This document shows positions 1-12,449 of a stretch of DNA of 64,000 nucleotides, one piece after another (within the stretch, counting starts at the first letter, position 1; each line of letters starts with the position of its first letter). The translations under genes and the position numbers were made by a program. The notes under the pieces were generated by a model. That model saw only the letters and a list, made by a program, of their open reading frames with translations, was not told the origin of the DNA and searched no databases. Location of the stretch: positions 31,868,001 through 31,932,000 of the forward strand of contig OZ024745.1 of NCBI GenBank assembly GCA_964016885.1, written 5' to 3'. This stretch comes from Eledone cirrhosa (lineage: Eukaryota).

Positions 1-880
1 AGTCATAGACACAGACTAGTCATAGACAGCATACAACCGTAGACACAGACTAGTCATAGACACAGACTAGTCATAGACAGCATACAACCGTAGACACAGA
101 CTAGTCATAGACAGCATACAACCGTAGACACAGACTAGTCATAGACACAGACTAGTCATAGACAGCATACAACCGTAGACACAGACTAGTCATAGACACA
201 GACTAGTCATAGACAGCATACAACCGTAGACACAGACTAGTCATAGACACAGACTAGTAATAGACACAGACTAGTCATAGACAGCATACAACCGTAGACA
301 CAGACTAGTCATAGACACAGACTAGTCATAGACAGCATACAACCGTAGACACAGACTAGTCATAGACACAGACTAGTCATAGACAGCATACAACCGTAGA
401 CACAGACTAGTCATAGACACAGACTAGTCATAGACGGCATACAACCGTAGACACAGACTAGTCATAGACAGCATACAACCGTAGACACAGACTAGTCATA
501 GACAGCATACAACCGTAGACACAGACTAGTCATAGACAGCATACAACCGTAGACACAGACTAGTCATAGACAGCATACAACCGTAGACACAGACTAGTCA
601 TAGACAGCATACAACCGTAGACACAGACTAGTCATAGACAGCATACAACCGTAGACACAGACTAGTCATAGACAGCATACAACCGTAGACACAGACTAGT
701 CATAGACAGCATACAACCGTAGACATAGACTAGTCATAGACAGCATACAACCGTAGACACAGACTAGTCATAGACAGCATACAACCGTAGACACAGACTA
801 GTCATAGACAGCATACAACCGTAGACACAGACTAGTCATAGACAGCATACAACCGTAGACATAGACTAGTCATAGACACA
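1..880. repeat. Tandem minisatellite built from two related 17-bp subunits (TAGACACAGACTAGTCA and TAGACAGCATACAACCG)
   Basis: Directly visible periodicity: 34-bp AB units and 51-bp AAB units; truncated by the window start. Confidence 0.95.
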
Positions 881-1019
881 TAGAATGACTCAAACTAAAT
901 AAAGAAACACACAGCTATGAACTTACTTTATTGCAGTGGCTTCTTTCGTGAGAAATTTGTGTCTGGCTTTTATTCATAACTAGACTACTCGTGACCCGTT
1001 GGGTCACGAGTAGTCTAGT

Positions 1020-1056
1020 ACAGGTAATCAAAGTATGTATACATTTTTCCGGGACA

Positions 1057-1089
<33 letters not shown>

Positions 1090-1738
1090 AGTGTCCCTAA
1101 AAATGTATACACCATTCTAATATATATATTGCCTGTACAGGTAATCAAAGTGTGTATTCATTTTTCGGGGCCACCATATATATATATCGGGGTCCCTAAA
1201 AATGTATACACCATTCTAATATATATATTGGTTGTACAGGTAATCAAAGTGTGTATACATTTTTCCGGGACACCATATATGTATATATATATACCGGGGT
1301 CCCTAAAAATGTATACACCATTCTAATATATATATTGCCTGTACAGGTAATCAAAGTGTGTATTCATTTTTCGGGGACACCATATATATATATCGGGGTC
1401 CCTAAAAATGTATACATCATTCTAATATATATATTGCCTGTACAGGTAATCAAAGTGTGTATACATTTTTCGGGGAAACCATATATATATATATATACCT
1501 GGGTCCTGAAAAATGTATACACAATTTTAATATATATATTGGTTGTACAGGTAATCAAAGTGTGTATACATTTTTCCGGGACACCATATATATATATATA
1601 TATATACCGGTGTCCCTAAAAATGTATACACCATTCTAATATATATATTGCCTGTACAGGTAATCAAAGTGTGTATACATTTTTCGGGGACACCATATAT
1701 ATATACCGGGGTCCCTAAAAATGTATACACCATTCTAA
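1020..1738. repeat. Satellite of ~88-bp Tc1/mariner-like MITE units separated by (TA)n, block 1
   Basis: Unit CCGGGGTCCCTAAAAATGTATACAC...GTGTATACATTTTTCGGGGACACC has ~24-bp imperfect terminal inverted repeats and TA flanks. Confidence 0.9.
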
Positions 1739-3723
1739 TCCTAAACGGACAGTAGTCCGTTTAGTAATATTGTTGTGGTCGTGTTTTCGTTGGCAATCGT
1801 CTGTTTACGACAGTACAGCGCGGCTCTACTTTATTTAACTGAGATAAAACTTATATGATCATGAACAGTAGATCATTACGCATCTTTTGGCTTAAAAATC
1901 TAGAAATTTGGTCCAGCGGGAAAAAGTTTATAATCAAAGTTTGCTGATAAATCTTGTGTTCAAGTGAGTGAGTAGTAAGCGTGACGCTAGGGGAGGTAAT
2001 TACGAGGTAATTACAAGGGGAGGTAATCTAATATATTTCAAATTGTATTTTTAACTAAATTCATTTATCATAGTCTAATATTTTAAAAATAGGTGAGTGC
2101 TCCACGATGATGAGCCATGTCCCCGCCATGTGAAAGTGATGCTTAGGAGCCATCCAGATATCATGTGACTATTTTTGGTTCGCGGTGTCCACGTGATATC
2201 TGGATGGCCCTTTATACTAATTAGTCATTTATCTGCATAAAAATTATACCAGATCATTCTGATTATTGGCTTGAAATCTTTTACAAAATTAGTATGAGCA
2301 ACTAAGAGGTCATCAATAGAATCAATAGAAATAGAATTACTTTTTGAAGTTTTCATGCACAGCATTTTTGGGGATTTTAAATAAAAGTTAATATCATAAT
2401 TCTTATTTTGTATACCCACATTGCAGATACAGAGAAACATGACAATCCTATATAAAGGTCGTAGACAGCAGTATCAGTTTTTATCCGTAACACCATTGAA
2501 ATGCACAAGTTTCACCAATTCACTATTATGCACTAATCATCTCAAATGCATTCATGATTTACTAGCTTTGTCATTAAGTCAGTTGCCTCAACTAGATTGC
2601 AATTATACTCAAAAGAACTTTAAAATGTCAATCACTTGTCAGTAATTCACTATGATCTTTTAATTATTAGATAGTTGTTGCTTGCATTGCCTTAAAAAAT
2701 AGTAGACCAGATAGAAAAATGCGTACAGCAAAAAAAGGTAATATTGTTGGAATATAAACCTTTAAAAATACAGGACAAAAAACTAAAATAAAACTTTAAA
2801 AGAATAGGACAAGAAACTAAGATAAAACTTTAAAGAATTGGACAAGAAATAAAAAATTTTACAATAATATTAGTGTCAAAATTTTTTTATTCGTTTCCTG
2901 TGCTATGACCCAGTATCTTCTTGATTAGTGCATAATAATTGTCATGCTCTCATTGTGCGTTGCCCCTGAGCGGTTGGTTCTGGTTGGGGTTGGTTGGCTG
3001 ATCAGTTCTGCTCCGTCAGAATGACCATTGCAAGAAGAATTGGCCGATGTAGCTGCAGGTCTCCTCCAAGAATGCACTTCTGGTCCCGCAACACCAGACG
3101 AAGATGGAGAAGACGACCGGGACAAGATGTCGACTCTGACCACCGACTACGGCACCTCCCTCAACCACCGGTCCTCTCTCCCGTCATCCCTCCAGTCCTC
3201 CTGCTCCCCCTTCCTGTACCAGAAAGCTGTGGCACGCATTCATCTGGACTGCCGGACTTGAACTCAAGGACAAGATGCAAGGAGAAGATGGACGGGTTGG
3301 TCAAGATCAAGGATGAGCGGGACGACAAGACCGTCCGCTGCTGCTCAAGATCTGTGCTCATGGGCCCATGGGTCCATTCACATTATGCATGACACATGAG
3401 GCGTGTCGCCGAATGATGAAATAGGGGTATGGTTATGGCCCAATTGGTGTTCAAACCAGGATCAAATGATCCCCCCGGTCTGACGACGACCTCTGAATAT
3501 GGAACCCAGAGCCTATGAATGTGGAACTCGATGTTTTACCAATAAAAATTTTGCCACTAATATTATTGTAAAATTTTTTATTTCTTGTCCAATTCTTTAA
3601 AGTTTTATCTTAGTTTCTTGTCCTATTCTTTTAAAGTTTTATTTTAGTTTCTTGTCCTGTATTTTTAAAGGTTTATATTCCAACAATATTACTTTTTTTT
3701 GCTGTACGCATTTTTCTATCTGG
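1739..3723 (+). mobile_element. Composite element with Helitron-type termini (5' TC ... 3' CTGG), copy 1
   Basis: Splits a satellite unit cleanly (CATTCTAA|TATATATATTGCC) with no TSD; same termini in the copy at 57988-59352; 5' subterminal hairpin CTAAACGGAC-N4-GTCCGTTTAG. Confidence 0.75.
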
Positions 3724-3724
3724 T
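2706..3724. mobile_element. Long-TIR (fold-back type) non-autonomous element, copy 1; ~185-bp TIRs with ~30-bp internal subrepeats and a GC-richer core
   Basis: ACCAGATAGAAAAATGCGTACAGC... at 2706 and its reverse complement ending at 3724. Confidence 0.85.
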
Positions 3725-4083
3725 ATATATATTGCCTGTACAGGTAATCAAAGTGTGTATACATTTTTCCGGGACACCATATATATATACCGGTGTCCCT
3801 AAAAATGTATACACCATTCTAATATATATATTGCCTGTACAGGTAATCAAAGTGTGTATACATTTTTCGGGGACACCATATATATATATACCGGTGTCCC
3901 TAAAAATGTATACACCATTCTAATATATATATTGCCTGTACAGGTAATCAAAGTGTGTATACATTTTTCGGGGACACCATATATATATATATATATACCG
4001 GGGTCCCTAAAAATGTATACACCATTCTAATATATATATTGCCTGTACAGATAATCTAAGTGTGTATACATTTTTCGGGGACA

Positions 4084-4152
<69 letters not shown>

Positions 4153-4352
4153 GGGGTCCCTAAAAATGTATACACAATTCTAATATATATATTGCCTGTA
4201 CAGGTAATCAAAGTGTGTATACATTTTTCGGGGACACCATATATATATATATATAATAATACCGGGGTCCCTAAAAATGTATACACCATCCTAACAAATA
4301 ATGCATGTATAGGCAATCAAAGTGGGTATACATTTTTGGGGAGACAACCTAT
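3724..4352. repeat. MITE/(TA)n satellite, block 2
   Basis: Same unit as block 1; ends in a diverged unit (…CCATCCTAACAAATAATGCATG…). Confidence 0.9.
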
Positions 4353-4442
4353 ATATACACAAATATGAACATATATATAGAGAGAAAGTGTGTGCAAGCA
4401 AGCAAGCAAGCAACCAATCAAGATCAGAGTTTTAGTAGTATA

Positions 4443-4745
4443 CTAGACCACCCGTGACCCGTTGGGTCATGTTCACTTTAAAATATTTTTTTAAAAATCG
4501 TGTTCACTTAAAAATAATTTTTAAATAATAAAAATATACACAGACATGTATATAATGTGAAATGAAACTGGAAGGCCTATATATATATACGTGAGTGTAT
4601 GTATATATATATGTGTGTGTGTGTGTGTAAACATATACATATATATGTATGTGTGTGTATATATATATATATATGTGGATGTCTGTGATCTACATGCACT
4701 GGTCATAATCACACACATATATATATATATATATTCACACACACT

Positions 4746-4791
<46 letters not shown>

Positions 4792-5112
4792 ACAGCACCA
4801 CCAGCTCTCTTCCATTTTCATTCTCTGTCTCCTCCCCCTCTTTCTGTCTCACTTTCAATCTACTCTCTCACAACCACTATCTCTTTCTCTCTATCTTTTT
4901 CTCTCTTTGTTTACATTGTTTATGAAGGCACCAGGAAAAACCCCATATGTCGGGAACCCGCGGTCCGATTTACGCGAAATTTGTTTTGTTCCATTTGTAT
5001 TCCCATTTCAGGGTCAATTCCTTTCAAAGTATTTTCCCATTATGCGCCCTTTTGGCTGTATTACATTACAGATAAGCAAGCAAGCAATCAATCACAGACT
5101 TTTAGTATTATA
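4443..5112 (-). mobile_element. Non-autonomous Helitron
   Basis: CTAG next to hairpin (TGACCCGTTGGGTCA) at 4443-4468; (CAAG)n...ACTTTTAGTATTATATA at the other end; internal microsatellites. Confidence 0.6.
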
Positions 5113-6615
5113 TAAAAATGTATACACCATTCTAATATATATATTGCCTGTACAAGTAATCAAAGTGTGTATACATTTTTCGGGGACACCATATATATAT
5201 ATATACCGGGGTCCCTAAAAATGTATACACCATTCTAATATATATATTGCCTGTACAAGTAATCAAAGTGTGTATACATTTTTCGGGGACACCATATATA
5301 TATATACCCGGGTCCCTAAAAATGTATACACCATTCTAATATATATATTGCCTGTACAGGTAATCAAAGTGTGTATACATTTTTCGGGGACACCATATAT
5401 ATATATACCGGGGTCCCTAAAAATGTATACACCATTCTAATATATATATTGCCGGTACAGGTAATCAAAGTGTGTATACATTTTTCGGGAACACCATATA
5501 TATATATACCAGTGTCCCTAAAAATGTATACACCATTCTAATATATATATTGCCTGTACAGGTAATCAAAGTGTGTATACATTTTTCGGGGACACCATAT
5601 ATATACCGGGGTCCCTAAAAATGTATACACCATTCTAATATATATATTGCCGGTACAGGTAATCAAAGTGTGTATACATTTTTCGGGGACACCATATATA
5701 TATATACCAGTGTCCCTAAAAATGTATACACCATTCTAATATATATATTGCCTGTACAGGTAATCAAAGTGTGTATACATTTTTCGAGGACACCATATAT
5801 ATACCGGGGTCCCTAAAAATGTATACACCATTCTAATATATATATTGCCTGTACAGGTAATCAAAGTGTGTATACATTTTTCGAGAATACCATATATATA
5901 TATACCGGGGTCCCTAAAAATGTATACACCATTCTAATATATATATATTGCCTGTATAGGTAATCAAAGTGTGTATACATTTTTCGGGGACACCATATAT
6001 ATATATACCGGTGTCCCTAAATATGTATACACCATTCTAATATATATATTGCCTGTACAGGTAATCAAAGTGTGTATACATTTTTCTGGGACACCATATA
6101 TATATATATATATATATACCGGGGTCCCTAAAAATGTATACATCATTCTAACCTATATATTGCCTGTATAGGTAATCAAAGTGTGTATACATTTTTCGGG
6201 GACACCATATATATATATATATATACCGGGGTCCCTAAAAATGTATACACCATTCTAATATATATATTGCCTGTACAGGTAATCAAAGTGTGTATACTTT
6301 TTCGGGGACACCATATATATACCGGGGTCCCTAAAAATGTATACACCATTCTAATATATATATTGCCTGTACAGATAATGAAAGTGTGTATACATTTTTC
6401 GAGGACACCATATATATATATATATATATATACCGGGGTCCCTAAACATGTATACACCATTCTAATATATATATTGCCTGTACAGGTAATCAAAGTGTGT
6501 ATACATTTTTCGGGGACACCATATATATACCGGGGTCCCTAAAAATGTATACACCATTCTAATATATATATTGCCTGTACAGGTAATCAAAGTGTGTATA
6601 CATTTTTCGGGGACA

Positions 6616-6684
<69 letters not shown>

Positions 6685-6972
6685 GGGGTCCCTAAATATG
6701 TATACACCATTCTAATATATATATTGCCTGTACAGGTAATCAAAGTGTGTATACATTTTTCGGGGACACCATATAAATACCGGGTTCCCTAAAAATGTAT
6801 ACACCATTCTAATATATATATTGCCTGTACAGGTAATCAAAGTGTGTATACATTTTTCGGGGCCACCATATATATATATATATATACCGGGGTCCCTAAA
6901 TATGTATACACCATTCTAATATATATATTGCCTGTACAGGTAATCAAAGTGTGTATACATTTTTCTGGGACA

Positions 6973-7011
<39 letters not shown>

Positions 7012-7921
7012 GGGGTCCCTAAAAATGTATACATCATTCTAACATATATATTGCCTGTACAGGTAATCAAAGTGTGTATACATTTTTCGGGGACACCATA
7101 TATATATATATATATACCGGGGTCCCTAAAAATGTATACACCATTCTAATATATATATTGCCTGTACAGGTAATCAAAGTGTGTATACTTTTTCGGGGAC
7201 ACCATATATATACCGGGGTCCCTAAAAATGTATACACCATTCTAATATATATATTGCCTGTACAGATAATGAAAGTGTGTATAAATTTTTCGGGGACACC
7301 AAATATATATATATATATATATATATACCGGGGTCCCTAGAAATGTATACATCATTCTAACATATATATTGCCTGTACAGGTAATCAAAGTGTGTATACA
7401 TTTTTCGGGGACACCATATATATATATATATATACCGGGGTCCCTAAAAATGTATACACCATTCTAATATATATATTGCCTGTACAGGTAATCAAAGTCT
7501 GTATACTTTTTCGGGGACACCGTATATATACCGGGGTCCCTAAAAATGTATACACCATTCTAATATATATATTGCCTGTACAGATAATGAAAGTGTGTAT
7601 ACATTTTTCGAGGACACCATATATATATATATACCGGGGTCCCTAAACATGTATACACCATTCTAATATATATATTGCCTGTACAGGTAATCAAAGTGTG
7701 TATACATTTTTCGGGGACACCATATATATACCGGGGTCCCTAAAAATGTATACACCATTCTAATATATATATTGCCTGTACAGATAATGAAAGTGTGTAT
7801 ACATTTTTCGGGGACACCATATATATATATATATACCGGGGTCCCTAAACATGTATACACCATTCTAATATATATATTGCCTGTACAGGTAATCAAAGTG
7901 TGTATACATTTTTCGGGGACA

Positions 7922-7962
<41 letters not shown>

Positions 7963-8450
7963 GGGGTCCCTAAATATGTATACACCATTCTAATATATAT
8001 ATTGCCTGTACAGGTAATCAAAGTGTGTATACATTTTTCGGGGACACCATATAAATACCGGGTTCCCTAAAAATGTATACACCATTCTAATATATATATT
8101 GCCTGTACAGGTAATCAAAGTGTGTATACATTTTTCGGGGCCACCATATATATATATATATATACCGGGGTCCCTAAAAATGTATACACCATTCTAATAA
8201 ATATTGCCTGTACGAGTACTCAAAGTGTGTATACATTTTTCGGGGACACCATATATATATACCGGTGTCCCTAAAAATGTATACACCATTCTAATATATA
8301 TATTGCCTGTACAGGTAATCAAAGTGTGTATACATTTTTCAGGGACACCATATATATATATATACCGGGGTCCCTAAAAATGTATACACCATTCTAATAT
8401 ATATATTGCCTGTACAGGTAATCAAAGTGTGTATACATTTTTCGGGGACA

Positions 8451-8488
<38 letters not shown>

Positions 8489-8573
8489 TGGGGTCCCTAA
8501 AAATGTATACACCATTCTAATATATATATTGCCTGTACAGATAATCAAATTGTGTATACATTTTTCGGGGACA

Positions 8574-8606
<33 letters not shown>

Positions 8607-9109
8607 GGGGTCCCTAAAAATGTATGCACCATTCTAATATATATATTGCCTGTACAGGTAACCAAAGTGTATATACATTTTTCCGGGACACCATATATAT
8701 ATATATACCGGTGTCCCTAAAAATGTATACACCATTTTAATATATATATTGCCTGTACAGGTAATCAAAGTGTGTATACATTTTTTGGGGACACCATATA
8801 TATATATATATACCGGTGTCCCTAAAAATGTATACACCATTCTAATATATATATTGCCTGTACAGGTAATCAAAGTGTGTATACATTTTCGGGGACACCA
8901 TATATATATATATATATATATACCGGGGTCCCTAAAAATGTATACATCATTCTAATATATATATTGCCTGTACAGGTAATCAAAGTGTGTATACATTTTT
9001 CGGGGACACCATATATAGATATACCGGGGTCCCTAAAAATGTATACACCATTCTAATATATATATTGCTTGTACAGGTAATCAAAGTGTGTATACATTTT
9101 TCGGGGACA

Positions 9110-9142
<33 letters not shown>

Positions 9143-9232
9143 GGGGTCCCTAAAAATGTATACACCATCCTAACAAATAATGCATGTATAGGCAATCAAA
9201 GTGGGTATACATTTTTGGTGGGACAACCTGTA
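5113..9232. repeat. MITE/(TA)n satellite, block 3 (several dozen units)
   Basis: Same unit with variable (TA)n spacers; ends in the same diverged unit and Helitron-like 5' end (9233-9341) as block 2. Confidence 0.95.
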
Positions 9233-9477
9233 TATACACAAATATGAACATATATATATAGAGAAAGTGTGTGCAAGCAAGCAAGCAAGCAAGCAAGCAA
9301 CCAACCAACCAATCAAGATCAGAGTTTTAGTAGTATATAGATTTCCTCAATGTTTGGTCGAACACGAGACAGACACACCCTCATTTCTTCTTCCGTTGTA
9401 CGTAATCTCTAACGCTTCTTGTTTTTGATGTTGTTTAATGTTGAGAAGCCTAATTCACATATATAAGAAGTTGAAAA

Positions 9478-10925
9478 TTATATTACAATTGCTAAAGCTC
9501 TTTTACATAATATGGGATATTCCTCTTGAATTGAAATCCAAAATGAATCAATAGGCAGAGTCGAATGTTTTAATTTTAACCCTCGGTCACCAGAAAGGGT
9601 GGCCAATTCTTCTTCTTCCTGTAACTCAAGTTCAATGTTGGAAGAATGATTTATGAAAGGATCTCTAATCCAATCATACTTTTCTGTCTTTAATGACGGA
9701 AAGTAATTGTTGATGCTTTCGTCTAGGGCTGTCAGATGAGTAACAATAATAGGGATCATTTCTCTAATGCAGGTAGAACGCAATAAAGGGAACATATCAA
9801 GATTGCCAGTGATTGCTCTTTTTTTCCAAATCACAATTTTCTTTTTGAGGTCAACTAACTTGTCTGTTGAAGTGAGAATATTTTCGTTTTTACCTTGCCT
9901 ACTACTGTTTGTTTTATTTAGTTCACTAAATATTTCTGTTAGGTATTCCATTTTAGACATCCAAAATTCGCAACTAAGGTATTCACAGAATTTCTCCTGC
10001 TTTTCCTGGAGAAAAAATGATAGTAATTCCTTGTGTAGTTTGTGAACACGATTTAGTACTCTGCCTTACAACAGCCAGCGAACCTCAGTGTGTATTAATA
10101 ACTTAACATGCTGAGAGTCCATCTCTTTGCACAGTTGTTCAAATAATCGTGACTTCAATGGCCTACTTTTTATATAATTGACCATTCCAACAACTTGATG
10201 TAACACAACCTTTAAATCTTCCTGCGATATTTTTGAAACAAGAACTTCTCTATGTAGAAAGCAATGAGTACAAATGAGATTTGGATTTTCTTTTTCTACG
10301 AAGGATACAAATCCTGTAATACAGCCTGTCATATATGGTGCTCCATCAGTGCAAATGCCAACACAGAACTTCCAAGACAAATTTCTTTCTTTGAGGTAGC
10401 TTGTTATCAAATCAAAAATATCTTGACCTCTTCTAGTTGTAGACATTTCTTTACAGCACAAAAATTGATTGATTATTTCATTCTCGTCAATAAAACATAC
10501 AAATGCAAGCAATTGACTGTTATTACTGATGTCAGTGGATTCATCCACGGTTAAAGCAAAATTAGAATTTTTAAGCTTTTTCTGAACATTGTCTTCAATA
10601 TTTTTCGATATCATTTGAAAGCGGGATATTGTTCAATTCCTTCTCAGCCTTTTCACCAAACATGGATTTTACCATATTTTTGCAAGCTGGGAGGATGACT
10701 GACTCAGCAAGCGTGTGGGATTTAGATTTTAATGCTATTATTTCAGCCACCTGAATTGACGCTAGTTGGACACGATCATTATTTTTTCAAAATAACTTCG
10801 CTGTTTTGATTTCTTCTCTAACACTCTTTCAGATATGAATGTTTTGAATTAAAATGTCTTTCTAACTTACCATGGATTCATTTGACATTGCTTCACCGCA
10901 TACTACGCATGGTTTGTCAACGTCA
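9478..10925 (-). pseudogene. Degenerate hAT (Buster/Charlie; ZBED5/SCAND3-like) transposase
   Basis: ORFs 10066-10614 (VDESTD, CTDGA, THCFLHRE, HTEVRWL) and 9478-9960 (WIRDPF, FWISIQEEYPIL); BED-finger-like KPCVVCGEAMSNESM near 10870-10915; frameshifted. Confidence 0.9.
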
Positions 10926-11118
10926 TGGTTTGTCAACGTCACCAGACCGTTTTTTCCTGAGAAAGTTTTTTGAAGTCTGTCGCATTATCTATATGTTGAA
11001 GAACATAGAGAGAGTAGAGAGAGAATACACAAACATATATACATATGAAGTGTAACGGACAGACAGAGAGACAGAGAAACCGGTTTCCTTTTATAATATC
11101 GATTATTACTTTATAGAT

Positions 11119-11176
<58 letters not shown>
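11119..11176. repeat. (ACT)n microsatellite
   Basis: Direct. Confidence 0.95.
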
Positions 11177-11177
<1 letters not shown>

Positions 11178-11523
11178 TGCAAAGTAGTTTGGATTTATAT
11201 AAAAATTGGCAAACATATTTGAAACGTAGCAAAAACTCTTACCATACAGTTGCTGACTATATGCAATCTGCTGGATAAGAGCATAATTCTTATCTTGTTC
11301 TGAGGGCCGCACTGAACATCCTTAAAGGCCGCATGCCACCCCTATGGCCACAATTTAGGGATCCATGGTATAGATTATGAACAACTATGAGTGCACACAC
11401 ACACACACGCGCGCGCGCACGCACATATATACACACAAGCACACACACACATCACACACGTACACTCACATACACACAAAACACATGCACGCAAAACACA
11501 TATACATACTAACACACGCATGC

Positions 11524-11579
<56 letters not shown>

Positions 11580-12449
11580 CTATCTCTCTATATATAATAT
11601 GTGTATGTGTATGTATGTATAACCGATGACAAAAATGTATACATACTTACACACACAAGAATACAAAAAAGTATATAGATACATACACACATACATATCC
11701 AAGAGGAGAAAGTATAAGTGTGAGCGAGTTATAGGTGGAACATTGCTCACTGACGATATTGATTATATAGGTTGTATATAACATTCAATACCCTACTTTC
11801 TCTAATATGCACAGTCAAGAAATAATCTATTTACTTCAAGTGAGATTGTTTTGTTAACAGCTATGGTAACAGCTTATCTTTCTCTATTCCGTTGCTACAG
11901 TTAATACAAAGCTTGTGACACAAATTTCTCTATGTAACAAAAACTATCAGCTACTTCCAGTGATTTCTCCGAGCATATGAAAGAATGTATTCAATGGTTG
12001 CTCTTACTGCCAATCTTTCCTACTGTAGACGAAGTCTTTCTTCTCTCTCAGCCTGTCTGCGATTCCACTGCATCTGTTGTGCGCTCATATAGTTTATATT
12101 TGGTACATTTGGTACACAATACAGAGTATCTATTCTCCTGTTTCGGCCTCTTAAACATGGTTACTTCTCAGATGGGCACAACATCCTGTTTTATTTCCTG
12201 TTAACTAAAACTTTTTCTTTTCTGTGTTTACTTTTAGACCTTTTGATTCTAACCTTTGATCTTCGCAACCGGGATTTCTTCTGTAGTCCTTTGACAGATT
12301 CATCTATGATGCAGAATTTCGTGTTTGATTTGTTTACAAGTTGAACCGAGTAGAAGCCAATATAGTATATCTCTATTTAACGTACAAAAAGGACCCTGTT
12401 TCCAAGGAGGTAGAATTCCTATTAAATGAACCATTCTCTCCATTTACAT

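Larger units (their letters stand above)
979..4441 (-). mobile_element. Non-autonomous Helitron-like element carrying a MITE-derived tandem array
   Basis: Hairpin ACTAGACTACTCGTGACCC-GTT-GGGTCACGAGTAGTCTAGT (979-1019) containing CTAG; the other end, (CAAG)n...AGAGTTTTAGTAGTATA, matches the end at 9280-9341. Confidence 0.55.

Noticed and set aside
1020-9232. CRISPR-like look (palindromic repeat plus variable spacer)
   Set aside because: Spacers are only (TA)n, the unit is too long, there are no cas genes and the context is eukaryotic
915-9247. Many ORFs with VYTILIYILPVQVIK / YIYIYI repeats
   Set aside because: Translations of the MITE/(TA)n satellite; frames shift with spacer length
11700-12445. 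Possible host exon(s) in non-repetitive-looking sequence (also 22700-23440 and 61750-62500)
   Set aside because: No recognisable protein motif or supportable splice structure; needs RNA-seq or homology search
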